In this document: piece by piece, positions 62,135 to 64,000 of the stretch
How positions within the stretch are numbered: the first letter of the stretch is position 1
Layout: every line of letters begins with the position of its first letter
DNA from: Amphiscolops sp. MND2022
Taxonomy: Eukaryota
Direction of reading: 5' to 3'
Assembly (NCBI GenBank): GCA_964187785.1
Contig: OZ076409.1
Span: 45,014,001 to 45,078,000 of the forward strand
DNA length: 64,000 bases
Notes under the pieces: generated by a model
Databases searched by the model: none
What the model saw: the letters and a program-made list of their open reading frames with translations, nothing else
What the model was told of the DNA's origin: nothing
Position numbers and translations under genes: made by a program

Positions 62135-64000
62135 TTTTCAGCGTAGTCGGGTCCTAAATTAAAGTAGAAAAACATTTTGGTTGGTGGGGCTCGAACTCGC
62201 GCCGGTGGGGTCGGAGTCAGATGGCTTACCACTGGGCCACGGTGAGCTGAAATAGCTTGATTTATACTTTCATATAAAGCGTTCTGAGCTCGTAGCGGCG
62301 TTTACATCAGTTTGCTGAGTATGTATTAATGGGTAGGAGGTATTTCTGCACCAATTTAAAAATGAAATTGCGTTTCAAAGATACATATACAGAAGATCGA
62401 TTGCATATACCCAGTATATGCTCATGTATATCCAATCTCACCCGCTTTTGACTAGTGTTAGGGTTCTATCTCTTGGAAGGGATCACGTATAGCTTACATA
62501 TGCCAAAGTATTACCAGACTTAGACACTTTTGAATGTTGTTAGCCTTCGATAAATTGGGAGATAGAGTGTATATACCCAGTGTATGCTCCTGTATGTCCA
62601 ATCTCAGACACTTTTGACTAGTGTTAGCGTTCTTTAGCTTGGAAGAGATTACGTATAGCTTACATATGCCAATGTATAACCAGTCATAGACACCTTTGAA
62701 TGTTGTTAGCATACTATAAAGCGGAAGAGAGACTGTATATACCCGCTATATGCTCATGTATATCCAATCTCACCCGTTTTTGACCAATGTTAGGGTTCTA
62801 TCTCTTGGAAGAGATCACGTATAGCTTACATATGCCAAAGTATTACCAGACTTAGACACTTTTGAATGTTGTTAGCCTTCGATAAATTGGGAGATAAAGT
62901 GTATATACCCAGTGTATGCTCCTGTGTGTCCAATCTCAGACACTTTTGACTAGTGTTAGCGTTCTTTAGCTTGGAAGAGATTACGTATAGCTTACATATG
63001 CCAATGTATAACCAGTCAAAGACACCTTTGAATGTTGTTAGCATACTATATAGCGGAAGAGAGACTGTATATAACCAGTGTATGCTCCTGTATGTCCAAT
63101 CTCAGACACTTTTGACTAGTGTTAGCGTTCTATAGCTTGGAAGAGATTACGTATAGCTTACATATGCCAATGTATAACAAGTCATAGAAACTTTTGACTG
63201 TTGTTAGCATACTATATACCAAAAAATAAACTGTATACACCTAGTACATGCTGATGTATAACTAATCTCAGACACTTTTGGCTAGTGTTAGCGTTCTATA
63301 ACTTGAAAGAGATTACCTATAGCTTACATGTGCCAAAGTATACCAATCTTAGACACGTAGTTTTCAACGTAGTCGGGTCCTAAATTAAAGTAGAAAAACA
63401 TTTCGGTTGGTGAGGCTCGAACTCGCGCCGGTGGGGTCGGAGTCAGATGGCTTACCACTGGGCCACGGTGAGCTGAAATAGCTTGATTTATACTTTCATA
63501 TAAAGCGTTCTGAGCTCGTAGCGGCGTTTACATCAGTTTGCTGAGTATGTATTAATGGGTAGGAGGTATTTCTGCACCAATTTAAAAATGAAACTGCGTT
63601 TCAAAGATACATATACAGAAGATCGATTGCATATACCCAGTATATGCTCATGTATATCCAATCTCACCCGCTTTTGACTAGTGTTAGGGTTCTATCTCTT
63701 GGTAGGGATTACCTATAGCTTACATATGCCAATTCATAACCAGTCCTCGACACTTTTGAATGTTGTCAGCATACTATATACCGGAAGATAGACTGTATAT
63801 ATCCGGTATTAGCTTATGTATATCCAATATCAGACATTTTTGGCTAGTGTTAGCGTTCTATATCTTGAAAAATATTACGTATGGCTTACATAGACCAATG
63901 TATAACCTGTCTTAGACACTTTTGAATGTTTTTAGCCTTCGATAAATTGGAAGATCGACTGTTTATACCCATTGTAAGCTCATTTATATCCAATCTCACC
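62135..64000 (-). repeat. 1226 bp-period tandem unit: tRNA-like head plus 84/82 bp satellite (166/332 bp higher-order repeat)
   Basis: Head at 62179-62247 recurs at 63405-63473 (minus-strand TGGCCCAGTGG and GTTCGAGCC). Satellite monomers start at 62405, 62489, 62571, 62655, 62737. Confidence 0.85.

Noticed and set aside
62494..63044. Duplicated 72 aa ORFs
   Set aside because: Translations of the 332 bp satellite unit.

Overview
Repeat-dense, AT-rich eukaryotic (invertebrate-animal-like) DNA; the species cannot be established from the sequence. Two host genes lie at the left end on the minus strand: an NF-YC histone-fold subunit and an intronless Angel/CCR4-family phosphatase. The rest is nested mobile DNA. 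(1) A ~15.7 kb Gypsy/Ty3 LTR retrotransposon (14120-29814) has a -1-frameshifted gag/pol. It also carries a ~1,080-codon ANTISENSE gene that can be assembled from six phase-compatible exons and resembles a zinc-finger, catalytically degenerate hAT transposase. It further carries an orphan sense ORF running into the 3' LTR and three TATGCGG-based tandem arrays. (2) An 18.7 kb Gypsy element (38296-57008) has ~99% identical 310 bp LTRs and a CAAT TSD. It encodes an RS-rich gag-pol, a chuvirus/gB-like envelope glycoprotein and three extra orphan ORFs, and its leader holds four covarying three-way-junction RNA units. It sits inside a hAT MITE, which sits inside a LINE. Also present: three degenerate APE-RT LINEs, a CRE-like RLE retroelement, three Mutator-type MITE copies with 9 bp TSDs, Helentron/DINE-like elements carrying tRNA-like segments, and a higher-order satellite. 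All family assignments are by eye from motifs, without database searches.
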